Shown here: one piece after another, positions 27,382 through 37,646 of the stretch
Layout of the letters: the number at the start of each line of letters is the position of its first letter
Numbering within the stretch: the first letter of the stretch is position 1
Assembly: GCA_037142615.1 (NCBI GenBank)
Contig: JBAXAI010000007.1
Span: 80,150 to 144,149, forward strand
Origin: Spirochaetales bacterium
GTDB taxonomy: Bacteria > Spirochaetota > Spirochaetia > JABEVK01
Length of the DNA: 64,000 bases
Direction of reading: 5' to 3'
Position numbers and translations under genes: made by a program
The notes under the pieces: model-generated
Told to the model about the DNA's origin: nothing
The model's input: only the letters and a program-made list of their open reading frames with translations
The model's database searches: none

Positions 27382-28350
27382 ATGAAAACCCGCAAACTCG
27401 GTAAGACCAACATCGACATTACTCCCATCGGCCTGGGCTGTTGGCAATTCAGTCAAGGAGCCGGCATGATCGGTGGCGTTTGGGACACTCTGGCTCAGGC
27501 CACGATGACCGACATCGTCAAGACGGCCCTCGACGGGGGCATCAACTGGTTCGACACCGCCGAGATCTACGGCAACGGCAAGTCGGAAGAAGCGTTGGCG
27601 GCGGCCCTCAAGGCGCTTGGCAGCCAGCCCGGTGACGTCGTGGTGGCAACCAAGTGGTGGCCGCTGCTTCGCACGGCCGGCCACCTGGTTTCGTCGGTTC
27701 AAGAGAGGCAGCGAGTGCTGTCGCCCTACCCCATCGACCTGTTGCAAATTCACCAGCCCATGTCGCTTTCGAGCGTGGAAAAGCAAGCCCAGGGCCTTGC
27801 GACGCTCCTCAAAGACAAGCAGGTGAAAAGCGTCGGCGTCAGCAATTTCAACGCGAAGGCGATGCGGACAACCCACCGTATTCTGGCCGAGGAAGGTCTG
27901 GTGCTGGCTTCCAATCAGGTGCACTACAACCTCGCCGCCCGTGAGATCGAACACGATGGCACCCTCGACGCGGCCAAGGAACTCGGCATCACGATCATAG
28001 CCTACTCGCCGCTGGCGCAGGGCCTGCTCACTGGCCGCTTCCACACCGACCCGGCGCAGGCGGCCAAGGTGCACGCGTTCCGCCGCATGCGCAACGGCCT
28101 CGACGCCAAGGGCTTGGCCGCCAGCAAGCCGTTGATCGACGACCTGCTTTCCATCGCGGCCCGGCATCAAGCGGGCGGAACCGCTGCGACCGCAGGACAG
28201 GTGGCTCTCAACTGGCTCGTGACCCACCACGGCGACACAGTGGTTGCCATCCCAGGGGCCAGCAAGCCCAAGCAGGCCTTTGAGGCCGCCCACGCGCTCG
28301 ACTTCACGCTGACCTCCGAAGAGCAGGAGGCGCTGGCTCGTCATGTTTGA
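27382..28350 (+). CDS. Aldo/keto reductase
   Basis: IGLGCWQ, FDTAEIYG, VATK, IDLLQIH, GVSNF, SNQV, AYSPLAQGLL. Confidence 0.95.
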   Translation: MKTRKLGKTNIDITPIGLGCWQFSQGAGMIGGVWDTLAQATMTDIVKTALDGGINWFDTAEIYGNGKSEEALAAALKALGSQPGDVVVATKWWPLLRTAGHLVSSVQERQRVLSPYPIDLLQIHQPMSLSSVEKQAQGLATLLKDKQVKSVGVSNFNAKAMRTTHRILAEEGLVLASNQVHYNLAAREIEHDGTLDAAKELGITIIAYSPLAQGLLTGRFHTDPAQAAKVHAFRRMRNGLDAKGLAASKPLIDDLLSIAARHQAGGTAATAGQVALNWLVTHHGDTVVAIPGASKPKQAFEAAHALDFTLTSEEQEALARHV

Positions 28351-28741
28351 ACTAGGGCTCAAGCGGGACTTTATCGCGCGACATGCGCTGCTGGGGGTCG
28401 ACGGCCCCGAAGGGCAACTCCATAGCCACCATTTTGTGGTGGAGTGGACCCTTTCGGGCCGCGAGCTCAACGAACAGGGCTACCTCGTCGACCTCTTGGA
28501 ACTGGAGGCGGTGCTTGACCGGGTGACCGACGGGTTGCGGGACCGCGTGCTGAACGACGAACCGGAGTTTCTGGGGCTCAACCCCTCGGTGGAACACTTG
28601 GCCCGGATCCTGGCCGCGCGGCTGAGGCCGGTGCTGCTGTCACCGACCAACGCCACGCGGCTCGCCTCGAGCACCATCAAGGTGTGGGAGCACGAGCGCG
28701 CGTGGGCTTCGTGGCAAGAGGCTTTGCCCCCTACTTCTTGA
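28343..28741 (+). CDS. 6-pyruvoyl/6-carboxy-tetrahydropterin synthase family protein (QueD/PTPS fold)
   Basis: FIARH...LHSHHF zinc motif, GYLVD, NPSVEHLA, VWE. Confidence 0.85.
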   Translation: MFELGLKRDFIARHALLGVDGPEGQLHSHHFVVEWTLSGRELNEQGYLVDLLELEAVLDRVTDGLRDRVLNDEPEFLGLNPSVEHLARILAARLRPVLLSPTNATRLASSTIKVWEHERAWASWQEALPPTS

Positions 28742-29207
28742 AGGCTTTCCGGTTGCGCTCGATGAAGTCGCGGTGAAACTTCACGTGGTCGACGTAAATG
28801 TCGAGCCAGGTTTCGAGATTCACTGGTCCTTGGGTCGAGTGCGTGTAAGTGAGCTTAGTCCAGTCGTGGTCGACAATGGACTGCAGGTGCCTCGCAGCGA
28901 TGCGACGAAGCAGCTTCACCAGCGCTACGCTGTCGGCCAAGCTCGTGGCATGGTAGTTCAGTTTCGGGGTCCAGACCTCTTCGTCGTAGCCGACGGCGGA
29001 TCCACCCGGCTCGGCAACGGCCTTGCGGTACCGGTGCACCGCAGCAACGTCACTTTCCATAAAGTGCACGACATGTTCGTGGATAGTCCAGGCATCGACG
29101 GTCGGCCGGAAGGTCAGCAGGGCCGGGGGCATGGCCAAGACGTCGTCGAACGCGTCGGCCCCCTTCAGGTACTCCGCAATACGGGTTTCTTTTTGGGCTG
29201 GGGTCAT
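28731..29207 (-). CDS. DinB family protein
   Basis: WTIHEHVVHF..SD, YDEEVW, HVKFH; GGAGG RBS before ATG 29207. Confidence 0.85.
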   Translation of the reverse strand: MTPAQKETRIAEYLKGADAFDDVLAMPPALLTFRPTVDAWTIHEHVVHFMESDVAAVHRYRKAVAEPGGSAVGYDEEVWTPKLNYHATSLADSVALVKLLRRIAARHLQSIVDHDWTKLTYTHSTQGPVNLETWLDIYVDHVKFHRDFIERNRKAFKK

Positions 29208-29226
29208 GGAATCCTCCACAGCTATG

Positions 29227-30219
29227 CTAGCGGCCCGAGAGCGCCTTGAACAGTCCCGGATTCAGGGCGGCCACTTCAGGGGTTTCGCTGTCCCGGTTCG
29301 CCCCGCCACGCCCGTTACCGACCCGGATCCGGGCCGCCTCTCGGTAGAACTCGGTCCAGCGGTCTCCAGGAGCGAGGCTCTCGGCCACTTCGAGCTGTTG
29401 CAGGGCGGCTTCGCCATCGCCTGACGCCAACAGGTAACCGGCCAGCCGTTGCCGCAACAGGAACGATTGAGGATTCACGACCAGCGCGTGCTCGAGTTCC
29501 GGTATGGCGCGGGCCCAATCTTTCCAGGGCCTTCGACTCCTGTACGGCGAAACCGCCGTCAACCGCGAGTAGAGAAAGATCCCAAACCCGAGGGTCGCGG
29601 CATCAGCCAAAAGGTTGAACTCGAGGCCGACGCCAACGGTCGCGAGAGTATTGAACAGGGCATGCGAAAACACGGCCGGCACCAAGGCCAGCGCGGGAGT
29701 CGACCAACGCAAGACTTTTCCCTTGCCATGATACACTTCGTACCCGTGGTAGCCACCCCACACCGCGCCGTACACCATGTGCCCGGGCAGCGATACAAAC
29801 GCCCGCAGGAGCAGCAGGGGCCAGCCACCACTCAGACCGTACAGGAAGTTCTCGACAAGGGCGAAGCCAAGACCTACCTGAGCCCCCTGGAGGCTCCCGT
29901 CCTGCGGTTCCCGGATGGTTTTTAGCAGGGTCGCCACCAGAGCGAACGTGAGGTACTTGCCCAGTTCTTCCACCGGGGCGTTGACAAGCCAGATGTAGAG
30001 GATTTGCTGCCAGGTTTCACCGCTCGATCGTTGAAACCACAGTGGCGACAACTGGTAAAGCCCCAGCGAGGGCAAAACAGAAAGGGCACCGGCAGCGACG
30101 AAAATCCAGACGAAGGTCTGGCCCCCCTTGTCGCTGCGATGCCGATCGAGCCGCTTCAGGAAGCTCAGAACCAAGCCGCCCGACGCCACGGAAAGTCCCA
30201 AAAGGACGAGCAGTTCCAT
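29227..30219 (-). CDS. PrsW-family intramembrane glutamic protease with C-terminal TPR
   Basis: PVEELGK, GFALVEN, PGH, HALFN motifs; multiple TMs. Confidence 0.88.
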   Translation of the reverse strand: MELLVLLGLSVASGGLVLSFLKRLDRHRSDKGGQTFVWIFVAAGALSVLPSLGLYQLSPLWFQRSSGETWQQILYIWLVNAPVEELGKYLTFALVATLLKTIREPQDGSLQGAQVGLGFALVENFLYGLSGGWPLLLLRAFVSLPGHMVYGAVWGGYHGYEVYHGKGKVLRWSTPALALVPAVFSHALFNTLATVGVGLEFNLLADAATLGFGIFLYSRLTAVSPYRSRRPWKDWARAIPELEHALVVNPQSFLLRQRLAGYLLASGDGEAALQQLEVAESLAPGDRWTEFYREAARIRVGNGRGGANRDSETPEVAALNPGLFKALSGR

Positions 30220-30234
30220 GGCAGGGCGGAGCGT

Positions 30235-30972
30235 TTACTCGGTGCGGGTGGCCTTGGTGGCCGTGATGTAGCTTTCTTCGAGGCCCTTGACCGGCACAAC
30301 CCAGGCGAGGAACTTCTTGGCCTCGTCCTGATTGGCATACGGGCCGACGCGAACCCGTACTACGGTTACGCCGCTAACGGTCACGGTGCTGAGGGTGCCC
30401 TTGAGGCCCTGGTTTTCCAGCGTCTTCGACACGGCTTCGGCCTGGTAGCGGTCTTTAAAGGCACCTACCTGCAACCAATACTCGGTGACCGTCACGGTTT
30501 TGGTCGCCTTGGTAACCTTGGGTGGCGTCTTGGCGGCCGGCGCTTTCACGGCAGGTTTGGTCACGGGCGTCTTGGCCACGGTTTCGGGGAAGGCAACGGT
30601 GCCGCTCGACTGCAGGCTCTCGGCCGGAGACTTGGCTTGCGGCTTTGCGGTCGAGGTGCCCGTTGCCGGGTTTTCCTCGGGCATTGTGACCACGAAGCCG
30701 CCGTTGGGTGTGTCGGTGGTGGGCGAAGTCTTGTCTGTCTCGGTGGTGGCCAGGCCGGTGGTCGGAGAAGCCTGTGGATTGCGCGACCACTCGACCGGAT
30801 CAAAGGCGTCGGGCAACGCTGTGGTCGCCGGGGCGAGAGTGGTTGCCGTGGTTGCGGGGATCTGCTTGGCGGCCCCCTGATCGCGCGAGAAAAAGAAGTA
30901 CGCGACTGCGATGATGAGGGTCAGACTGGCCAAGCCGGCCAACAGGAAAATCATACCTTTCGAATTCTTCAT
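30235..30972 (-). CDS. SPOR domain cell-division protein
   Basis: N-terminal TM, Thr/Pro/Ala linker, YWLQVGAF...VRVRVGPY. Confidence 0.92.
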   Translation of the reverse strand: MKNSKGMIFLLAGLASLTLIIAVAYFFFSRDQGAAKQIPATTATTLAPATTALPDAFDPVEWSRNPQASPTTGLATTETDKTSPTTDTPNGGFVVTMPEENPATGTSTAKPQAKSPAESLQSSGTVAFPETVAKTPVTKPAVKAPAAKTPPKVTKATKTVTVTEYWLQVGAFKDRYQAEAVSKTLENQGLKGTLSTVTVSGVTVVRVRVGPYANQDEAKKFLAWVVPVKGLEESYITATKATRTE

Positions 30973-31571
30973 GGCTTCCTCTCGGGGAAAACCTGTATCA
31001 GGCGGCCCAGGAGTTCGTCCATGGTAGCCAGAGCCTGTTCCGGGCGAGCCGGGTTTTCCACACTATGAATATCGACACCAGCGCCAAAATCCTGAGGGCC
31101 GAGTTTCCGCTGGGCCCAAACCCTTTTCAGAAGAAAACTCCAGGGCCGCCGGTCACGTTGGCGGGCCCGGCGCAGGCGCGTCCACAAGGGAGCCTTCACC
31201 CAGATGACGACGTCGAGCACTGCTTCCAAGCCCGCCTTGGCCAGCAAGGCCGCATGGACCACTGCGGGTTGGCCCCCGAGCCGCTCGAGCCGATCCAGCA
31301 GCGTCGAGGTCACCCAAGGGTGAATAAGGGCTTCCAGAGCTGCCAACGCCTCTGGATGGCCAAACATCTGTCCGCCGAGCTCTTTCCGGTCGGCCGTCCC
31401 AAACCGCGCACGGACCGCCCGGGCAACTTCGGGGGCTTCCAGGGCCTCGTGCCCCAGTTGGTCGGCGTCAAAAACGGCAAAACCGCGCCGAACAAAAGCG
31501 GGCAGCAGGGTGTCTTTTCCCGACGCCACCTTTCCCGCCAGACCTACGACCAGCGAACCCTTGCCGGTCAA
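30969..31571 (-). CDS. coaE: Dephospho-CoA kinase
   Basis: VGLAGKVASGK P-loop, DADQLGH, DRKELG, LEALIHP; follows polA. Confidence 0.92.
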   Translation of the reverse strand: MTGKGSLVVGLAGKVASGKDTLLPAFVRRGFAVFDADQLGHEALEAPEVARAVRARFGTADRKELGGQMFGHPEALAALEALIHPWVTSTLLDRLERLGGQPAVVHAALLAKAGLEAVLDVVIWVKAPLWTRLRRARQRDRRPWSFLLKRVWAQRKLGPQDFGAGVDIHSVENPARPEQALATMDELLGRLIQVFPERKP

Positions 31572-34372
31572 TGCAATTCACCCCAGTTGAGCCCGGATTC
31601 GATGCCGACCCTGAGCGGCACATTGAGGGTCATCACGGCCTCCATTTCGCGTCGCAACAACGCCTGGATGGGCTCGACTTCGTGTTCGGGCACTTCGAGC
31701 AGGAGTTCGTCGTGCACCTGCAGCAACAGCTTGGCTTGGAACCCGCCGGCGGAAAGGGCCTTGTCGACGGCCAGCATGGCCAGCTTGACGAGGTCGGCGG
31801 CGCTGCCCTGGATGGGGGTGTTCATGGCCACCCGCTCGGCAGCCTGCTTCTCGACCCGGTTGCGGCCGTTGATGTTGGGCAAGGCGCGTTTGTGACCGAG
31901 CATCGTGGTCACCTCGCCGGTCTTTTCGGCCAGGGCGATCACTTCCTGAAAGTAGCCGTCGACCCGCGAAAACTCGCGCTTGTAGGCATCAAAAAAGGCC
32001 TGCGCCTCTTTGCGGCTGATCTTGAGCTCGTTGGCGAGGCGGAAGGCCGACATGCCGTACATCAGGCCGAAGTTGATGGCCTTGGCCGCCCGCCGCATGT
32101 CGCTGGTGACCTGTTCCAGCGGCACGCCGAGCATCAGGCTCGCGGTGCGTTTGTGGATGTCGACACCGTCACGGAACGCTCCGACGAGGTTGGCGTCACC
32201 ACAAAGGTGGGCCAGTACCACCAGTTCGATCTGCGAATAGTCGGCCGACACGAAGCGCCACCCCTCGCGGGGCACAAACGCGGTACGGATGCGGCGGCCA
32301 TCGTCCTCGCGGATGGGGATGTTCTGCAGGTTAGGATCCTTGCTGGCCAGCCTTCCCGTCGCCGTGCCTGTCTGCATGTACTGCGTGTGCACTCGCCCGG
32401 TACTGGGGTGGACCAGTTGAGGCAAGGTTTCGACGTAGGTACTCTTAAGTTTGCTAAGGCTCCGCCACGCCAGAATCTTGGCAGGTACCGGGTCCTGCTC
32501 GGCCAACTCCTCGAGAATGTCGCTGTCGGTGGAGTAACCGGTTTTGATCTTGGCTCGGCTAGGTGGCGTGAGCTGGCGGTCGATGAACAGAATCTCTTGC
32601 AGCTGTTTAGGCGAGCCAAGGTTGAACTGCTTGCCACACAACGCGAAGATCTCGGCCTCAATGTCGGCGATGCGCCGCACCAGTTCGACGCCGAAGGTGG
32701 CCAGCTCGTCCCCGCGAAGCACGATTCCCTCGTCTTCCATGCGGGCCAAGAGCAGACTCAGCGGCAACTCCAAGTCGTGGAGCAGCCCGGTCAGCCCGGC
32801 CGCCTCGAGTTTGGGGGCCAGCTTGCGGTAAAGCCTCCACGTCAGGTCGGCATCCTCGGCCCCATATTTCACGGCGCTTTCCAGCGGCACGTCGGCGAAG
32901 GTTTTGCCCTTGCCCACCAGATCACCAAAGGCGATTCCCTTGACGCCCAACCAGCCGACGCCGAGAACTTCCAGCCCAAACTGACCGGCCCCAGCGTCGA
33001 GCAGCCAGGCGGCGAGCATTGTGTCGAAGCCGATGCGCGGAACAGTGACCCCGAGACGGCGAAGAATTTTCCAGTCGAACTTGAAGTTCTGCCCGACAAC
33101 GCAAAACTCCGGATCCTCGAGCAGAGGCTTGAGCCGCTCGAGCACCACTTTCTGGTCCAGCAATTCAGGCCCGCCCAACTCGCCGCTGGTCGCGCAGAGC
33201 AGAGGCAAATAGGCTGCCTTGCCTTCCTCGCAGGCCAGCGAAAGGCCCACCAGCCGGCACCGGAAGGTGTCGAGGCTGTCGGTTTCCAGGTCGACAGCCC
33301 CAGCGCCGACGGCACGCAACCTGGCGATCCACGCGTCGAGGGTTTCGAGCGTGAGGATGGCTTCGTAGTCGCCGACCAACGGTTGGGGGCCAGTTGGTCC
33401 CGGTTCAGCTTCCGGGTCCGAGGCATTGGGCGGGTCAAGGCCGAGTTGCCCGGCCTCGGCCGCTGCTCCAAGCTTGGCCAGGACTCTGGCCTCGGCGGCC
33501 AGAGATTTGCTGTTCTGCTTCAAAAAGAGGTCGGCCGCAGCGTTGCCAGGCTTCCACGTCAAAAGAGTAGTCTCCAGCGAGAACCCCAGTTCCAGGTCTT
33601 CGCGAAGGATGGTGAGGCTCTTGCTGAGTTTGGCGTTGTCTCGGCCTTCTTCCAGATTCTTTTTGACGCCTACCTTGGTGATCTCGGCCAGGCGCTCGTA
33701 GATGCCGTCGAGGCTACCGTAGTCGGCCAGCAACTGGATGGCCGTTTTGTCGCCGATGCCCTTGACGCCGGGAATGTTGTCGGCGGTATCGCCCACCAAG
33801 GCCAGCCAGTCGGCAATTTGCTCGGGGCGAACTCCTTTGCTCTTAAAGACTTCATCCGGTCCCAAGCGGCTCCAGCCCCCCTTGAACCCGCTGCGAAGGA
33901 TGGTGACGCTGCCACCCACCAACTGCATCAGGTCTTTGTCGTTGCTGACGATGACGCACTCCACCCCGCGTTGCTGGCACCAGCGCGAACCGGTAGCGAT
34001 CAGGTCGTCGGCCTCGAAGCCATCCTGTTGCATCACGGGCACACCCAGTGCGGTCAAGGTTTCCTCGATCCAGGGGAGGTTGCTCAACAGGTCGTCGGGA
34101 GCCGCATCGCGGTGGGCCTTGTACTGGTCAAACAAGGCGTCGCGGAAGGTGGGGGTGCGGGAATCGTACATGACGACCAAGTGGGTGGGCTTCTGCTCGC
34201 GCACCAGCTGAAACAGCGTCTTGAAAAAGCCGAAATAGGCGTTGATATTCTTCCCGTCGGCATTCAAAATGGGCCTGTCGACAAACGCGTGGTACGACCG
34301 AAAGATCAAGGCAAACGCGTCGAGAAGCAGCACTTTGGGCTGACGATCATGGGGGGCCGATGAGGAGCTCAT
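31568..34372 (-). CDS. polA: DNA polymerase I
   Basis: 5'-3' exonuclease (GFEADD, ALVGDTADNIPGV), DLET 3'-5' exonuclease, ADYSQIEL, KAINFGLMYG, QVHDEL. Confidence 0.98.
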   Translation of the reverse strand: MSSSSAPHDRQPKVLLLDAFALIFRSYHAFVDRPILNADGKNINAYFGFFKTLFQLVREQKPTHLVVMYDSRTPTFRDALFDQYKAHRDAAPDDLLSNLPWIEETLTALGVPVMQQDGFEADDLIATGSRWCQQRGVECVIVSNDKDLMQLVGGSVTILRSGFKGGWSRLGPDEVFKSKGVRPEQIADWLALVGDTADNIPGVKGIGDKTAIQLLADYGSLDGIYERLAEITKVGVKKNLEEGRDNAKLSKSLTILREDLELGFSLETTLLTWKPGNAAADLFLKQNSKSLAAEARVLAKLGAAAEAGQLGLDPPNASDPEAEPGPTGPQPLVGDYEAILTLETLDAWIARLRAVGAGAVDLETDSLDTFRCRLVGLSLACEEGKAAYLPLLCATSGELGGPELLDQKVVLERLKPLLEDPEFCVVGQNFKFDWKILRRLGVTVPRIGFDTMLAAWLLDAGAGQFGLEVLGVGWLGVKGIAFGDLVGKGKTFADVPLESAVKYGAEDADLTWRLYRKLAPKLEAAGLTGLLHDLELPLSLLLARMEDEGIVLRGDELATFGVELVRRIADIEAEIFALCGKQFNLGSPKQLQEILFIDRQLTPPSRAKIKTGYSTDSDILEELAEQDPVPAKILAWRSLSKLKSTYVETLPQLVHPSTGRVHTQYMQTGTATGRLASKDPNLQNIPIREDDGRRIRTAFVPREGWRFVSADYSQIELVVLAHLCGDANLVGAFRDGVDIHKRTASLMLGVPLEQVTSDMRRAAKAINFGLMYGMSAFRLANELKISRKEAQAFFDAYKREFSRVDGYFQEVIALAEKTGEVTTMLGHKRALPNINGRNRVEKQAAERVAMNTPIQGSAADLVKLAMLAVDKALSAGGFQAKLLLQVHDELLLEVPEHEVEPIQALLRREMEAVMTLNVPLRVGIESGLNWGELH

Positions 34373-34381
34373 CCGCCGAGT

Positions 34382-34846
34382 TTACGTTGTGATGTCGACC
34401 AATGTCGAGACGGAGCGCTGGCCCGTGTACGGGTTGCGCCCGCGTACGTTGGGCCGCAACCGCAGGATCTCGCCCTGCACCTGGGCCATGCGAGCCGACA
34501 ACAGGGTACGGTTCTTCTCGTTCTTTTCGAGCACCTGCGACTTGAGGTTTGCCAGCGTGGCCTTGAGCTCAACAACCTCGACATCATGGTCGAGCGGGTA
34601 CGACTGCTTCCAGACGGCCTCGAGGGGGTCGATCACCTTTTGGAAGGTATGGATCTCGGCGACCAGGTTCTCTTCGAGTTCCACCTGAAGGCGCAGGGTA
34701 TCGACCTTGTCGTTTTCGATGCTCGACTTTTCGGCGTCGAGCACCAGCATGTAATTGCGGAACTTTTCGCGCTGAGCCAAGAGCGTGGTCTTCAGGCGCT
34801 TCAGCAGGGCGACCCGGCGGTCGACCTCTTCTTTGGTCAGAACCAT
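34382..34846 (-). CDS. flgN: Flagellar export chaperone FlgN
   Basis: Helical 154-aa protein, VLEKNEKNRTLL; immediately downstream of fliS. Confidence 0.7.
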   Translation of the reverse strand: MVLTKEEVDRRVALLKRLKTTLLAQREKFRNYMLVLDAEKSSIENDKVDTLRLQVELEENLVAEIHTFQKVIDPLEAVWKQSYPLDHDVEVVELKATLANLKSQVLEKNEKNRTLLSARMAQVQGEILRLRPNVRGRNPYTGQRSVSTLVDITT

Positions 34847-34866
34847 GAGCGATTCCTTTCGCGGGG

Positions 34867-35295
34867 CTAGCCTGCGATGTTCACACCCACCTGGGGGCGG
34901 GGCATTTCGTCGACCCGCGAATTGGCAATCTGAACCCAAGCCGAGCGAAGGTCGGCAACGAAGGCCCTGACCAGTTTCAAAGGCTCGACGTCTTTCTTCA
35001 TGTTGCCCTCACGGATCTTCTCGTTGAAGAACACGTAAAGGCTCATCAGGTTGCGAGCGATCTCGCCTCCGCGGTCAAAATCGAGGCCGGTCATCAGTTC
35101 GGTGATGATGTCCTGGGTTTTGATGAGGGCATTGTGCACTTTGTCCAGTTGCTTCGTCTGAACCGAAAGCAGGCCGATCGCCGAGTCCAACTGCTTCACT
35201 GCTTCGTCATAGAGCATCACGATCAGCTTGCCTTGGGTGGCCGTCCGCACCGACACCTCTCGATAGGCGTTCAACGGGTTTCTCAGAACACTCAT
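34867..35295 (-). CDS. fliS: Flagellin chaperone FliS
   Basis: AYREVSVRTATQGKLIVMLYD, GLDFDRGGEIARNLMSLY, LRSAW. Confidence 0.95.
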   Translation of the reverse strand: MSVLRNPLNAYREVSVRTATQGKLIVMLYDEAVKQLDSAIGLLSVQTKQLDKVHNALIKTQDIITELMTGLDFDRGGEIARNLMSLYVFFNEKIREGNMKKDVEPLKLVRAFVADLRSAWVQIANSRVDEMPRPQVGVNIAG

Positions 35296-35365
35296 GCTTC
35301 CCTCCTGGGGCGACAATTCGATGTCTTCTCTCGTATTTCGGCGGTTTCTTGAAGGGCCTTGAGGC

Positions 35366-37639
35366 TCATTTCCGGGACTTGTCCATAAGTTGCGAAACCG
35401 GCACCACATTGTACCCAGCCTCGACCAAAGCGTTGAGCAAAAGGTCCAGCCGGTTGAAAAAAGACTCCCCCGTTTTACTGTCTTTCATACCCAAGGTCAA
35501 GGGGATAACAGACCCAGGGAGTTTGTCGGCGAGAACCTGTTCGATGAGTTTCGAAACGTCAGCTTCGCGGTAAAAACCAGTGTTCACCACGACATCACGA
35601 CCCACGGTACGGTAGTTGGCCTCGCGGGCGCCGGCCAGCAGAGCCGGGGCTTCCACCCAGCCTGGCGGGTGCCAGAGCAGCGAAAGTTCCTTGCCGGTGA
35701 CGTGGAACCAGTCGTCTTCCTGCCGCGCCAAGCCCTGCTTGACGAACGAACTGTCGATCACGAAGCCCGGCGTCGTCAGGTCAAACGGAATGTGAAACAG
35801 GTTTCCCACCTCGTGCGGACTCTGCGCTATCTCTTGCGAGGCCTGAGGGTTACGCCGCAGGAACTCGCCGTTGACGAAGAAGGTGGTCTTGAAGCCCCAG
35901 TCGCGGAAGGCTCGAAGCACTTGCGGCAGACCCTCGGGGCTGTCGAGGGCATCGATAGTAATGGCCACCTCGAGCGAGCGTTGGCGCGAACCGTGCACGA
36001 ACGGCGCCGAAACGCCATCGCCTTTGGGCAAACTGTCGGCGCCCACAGCAGGGAACCCATCGTAGGGTTTGGCCGGTTGAGGGAACAACGGCGTCGTCGT
36101 GAGCGCCTTGAGGTTGCGCACCAGCACCCAATTGCGGTACGAACCGCTGGACAGCTCATCGGTGTACACCCGGAAGCTGTTGTTGGCGGTCTGAGCGTCG
36201 GCCACTTTGAGTTCAATGCCCGAAAGCTTCCACTGGCCCTTGCCCTGCCAGAGGTACCACGACTTGCCCTGGCGCCCCGCGAGGCCCCCGACGTCGCTGG
36301 TGCCCACCTGGTCGAGCGTGCTCAACAGCAGGGTCTTGACCGTGCCCTCAAGCAGGCTGATCTTCACCGTGGCCAATTTGCTGCAAGCCAGGAGCGTGTT
36401 CTGATCCATCCAGAAGGCCGCGGTGAGGCCTTCGAGGTTGTAAGTTTTCTTTTCGGCGAGTCCAGAGGCTTCCCGCAGCGAAACGCCCTTGGCGGTGCTG
36501 ACCAGAATCCACGATTCGTCGGGCGAAAACGCCAGATCGAGCACCGGAGCCTCGCCCGAGGGGAGCACCTGGGTTCCGGTGGCGGTGAGGCGCAGCACCT
36601 GAGTTTCGTCTTTGCCCCGGGTCAGACTGCTGGTGAGCAAGGTGATCTTTCCGTCTTTGCCCCAGAGCACCTTGCGGATGGTGAGGTTCTGCGGAAGCGG
36701 AAGGTAGGTCAGGGGCGCAAGAGTCTTGGACTGGTAAAAGTCCAAGTATTCCAGCGGATAATAGAACAGAGTGCGGCCGCCGAGGTTGAAAAGAACATTT
36801 TGACCTTCCGGGTCGATCCAAAACGCATCGTTGCTCGGCAAAAAGGGGAAAGGCAACTTACCCTTGATGCCCCAGGTCTGGAATTGCCCCTTGTACAGGC
36901 TCCTCGTGAAGAACTCCTCCGGGAGGATGCGGTACAACACTTCATCGACCACGTAGTACAGTTCGCCGCCCGAACTCCAGGTGACGCTGCTGAGCATGCC
37001 GGGTCCAAGGCGCCGCAGCGACTCTTCGGGCACCCGTTTTTCCTTGGCCTGACGGAGGGAGTAGTAGTAGAGCTCGCCTTTTTTTTCGTAGACGAAAAAT
37101 TGACTGTCGGGCGACCACAGCGCTGGGACCGCGTTCCATGACAAATCCAAGCCGACAGCCGCATCGAGGCTGGTGTCTTTGCCGACGTCAAACAGCACCA
37201 GATCGCCAATCGCCGGCGAAACCCGGTCGAAGGTCAGCGCATACTGGCCGTCGGGAGAAAATTGAATGGGAAGGTCGCGCCCCTCGCCCAGCGGGTTGCG
37301 CTTTTCAAACGAACGGGGAGCGACTGACTTGACCGCCAGCGTGTTGGGGTCCAAACGCCAAACGCCAAAACCGTTCTGAATCTGCAATTGGCCCACCCGG
37401 GGTAGCCACGCGGCGGTTTCGGGGAAAAACGTGAGAGGCTCCAGCGCTGCCGCGGCGGGCGTGCCGGCAGCGAGGTCGGCTTTGTACCAGAGGCCGTAGG
37501 CGTCACCCGACCAGGGCGAGTGATTGGCCTGAAACACCAAGGAAGAAGCCGGGTTCAGATCCAAACCCGAAAACACCACCTCGGCCTCGAGGGAACCAAA
37601 CAGACACAAGGTGGCGAACAGACGGGTCAAACTTTTCAT
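35366..37639 (-). CDS. Exported beta-propeller + polysaccharide deacetylase (NodB-like) protein
   Basis: Signal peptide; WSPDS/FSPD propeller repeats; C-terminal VAITIDA...TTFFVNG...HEVGN...LWHPP. Confidence 0.8.
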   Translation of the reverse strand: MKSLTRLFATLCLFGSLEAEVVFSGLDLNPASSLVFQANHSPWSGDAYGLWYKADLAAGTPAAAALEPLTFFPETAAWLPRVGQLQIQNGFGVWRLDPNTLAVKSVAPRSFEKRNPLGEGRDLPIQFSPDGQYALTFDRVSPAIGDLVLFDVGKDTSLDAAVGLDLSWNAVPALWSPDSQFFVYEKKGELYYYSLRQAKEKRVPEESLRRLGPGMLSSVTWSSGGELYYVVDEVLYRILPEEFFTRSLYKGQFQTWGIKGKLPFPFLPSNDAFWIDPEGQNVLFNLGGRTLFYYPLEYLDFYQSKTLAPLTYLPLPQNLTIRKVLWGKDGKITLLTSSLTRGKDETQVLRLTATGTQVLPSGEAPVLDLAFSPDESWILVSTAKGVSLREASGLAEKKTYNLEGLTAAFWMDQNTLLACSKLATVKISLLEGTVKTLLLSTLDQVGTSDVGGLAGRQGKSWYLWQGKGQWKLSGIELKVADAQTANNSFRVYTDELSSGSYRNWVLVRNLKALTTTPLFPQPAKPYDGFPAVGADSLPKGDGVSAPFVHGSRQRSLEVAITIDALDSPEGLPQVLRAFRDWGFKTTFFVNGEFLRRNPQASQEIAQSPHEVGNLFHIPFDLTTPGFVIDSSFVKQGLARQEDDWFHVTGKELSLLWHPPGWVEAPALLAGAREANYRTVGRDVVVNTGFYREADVSKLIEQVLADKLPGSVIPLTLGMKDSKTGESFFNRLDLLLNALVEAGYNVVPVSQLMDKSRK

Positions 37640-37646
37640 GGTTTCC

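Noticed and set aside
31571-34363. 930-aa ORF on the + strand
   Set aside because: Antisense shadow of polA caused by high-GC codon bias; no motifs.
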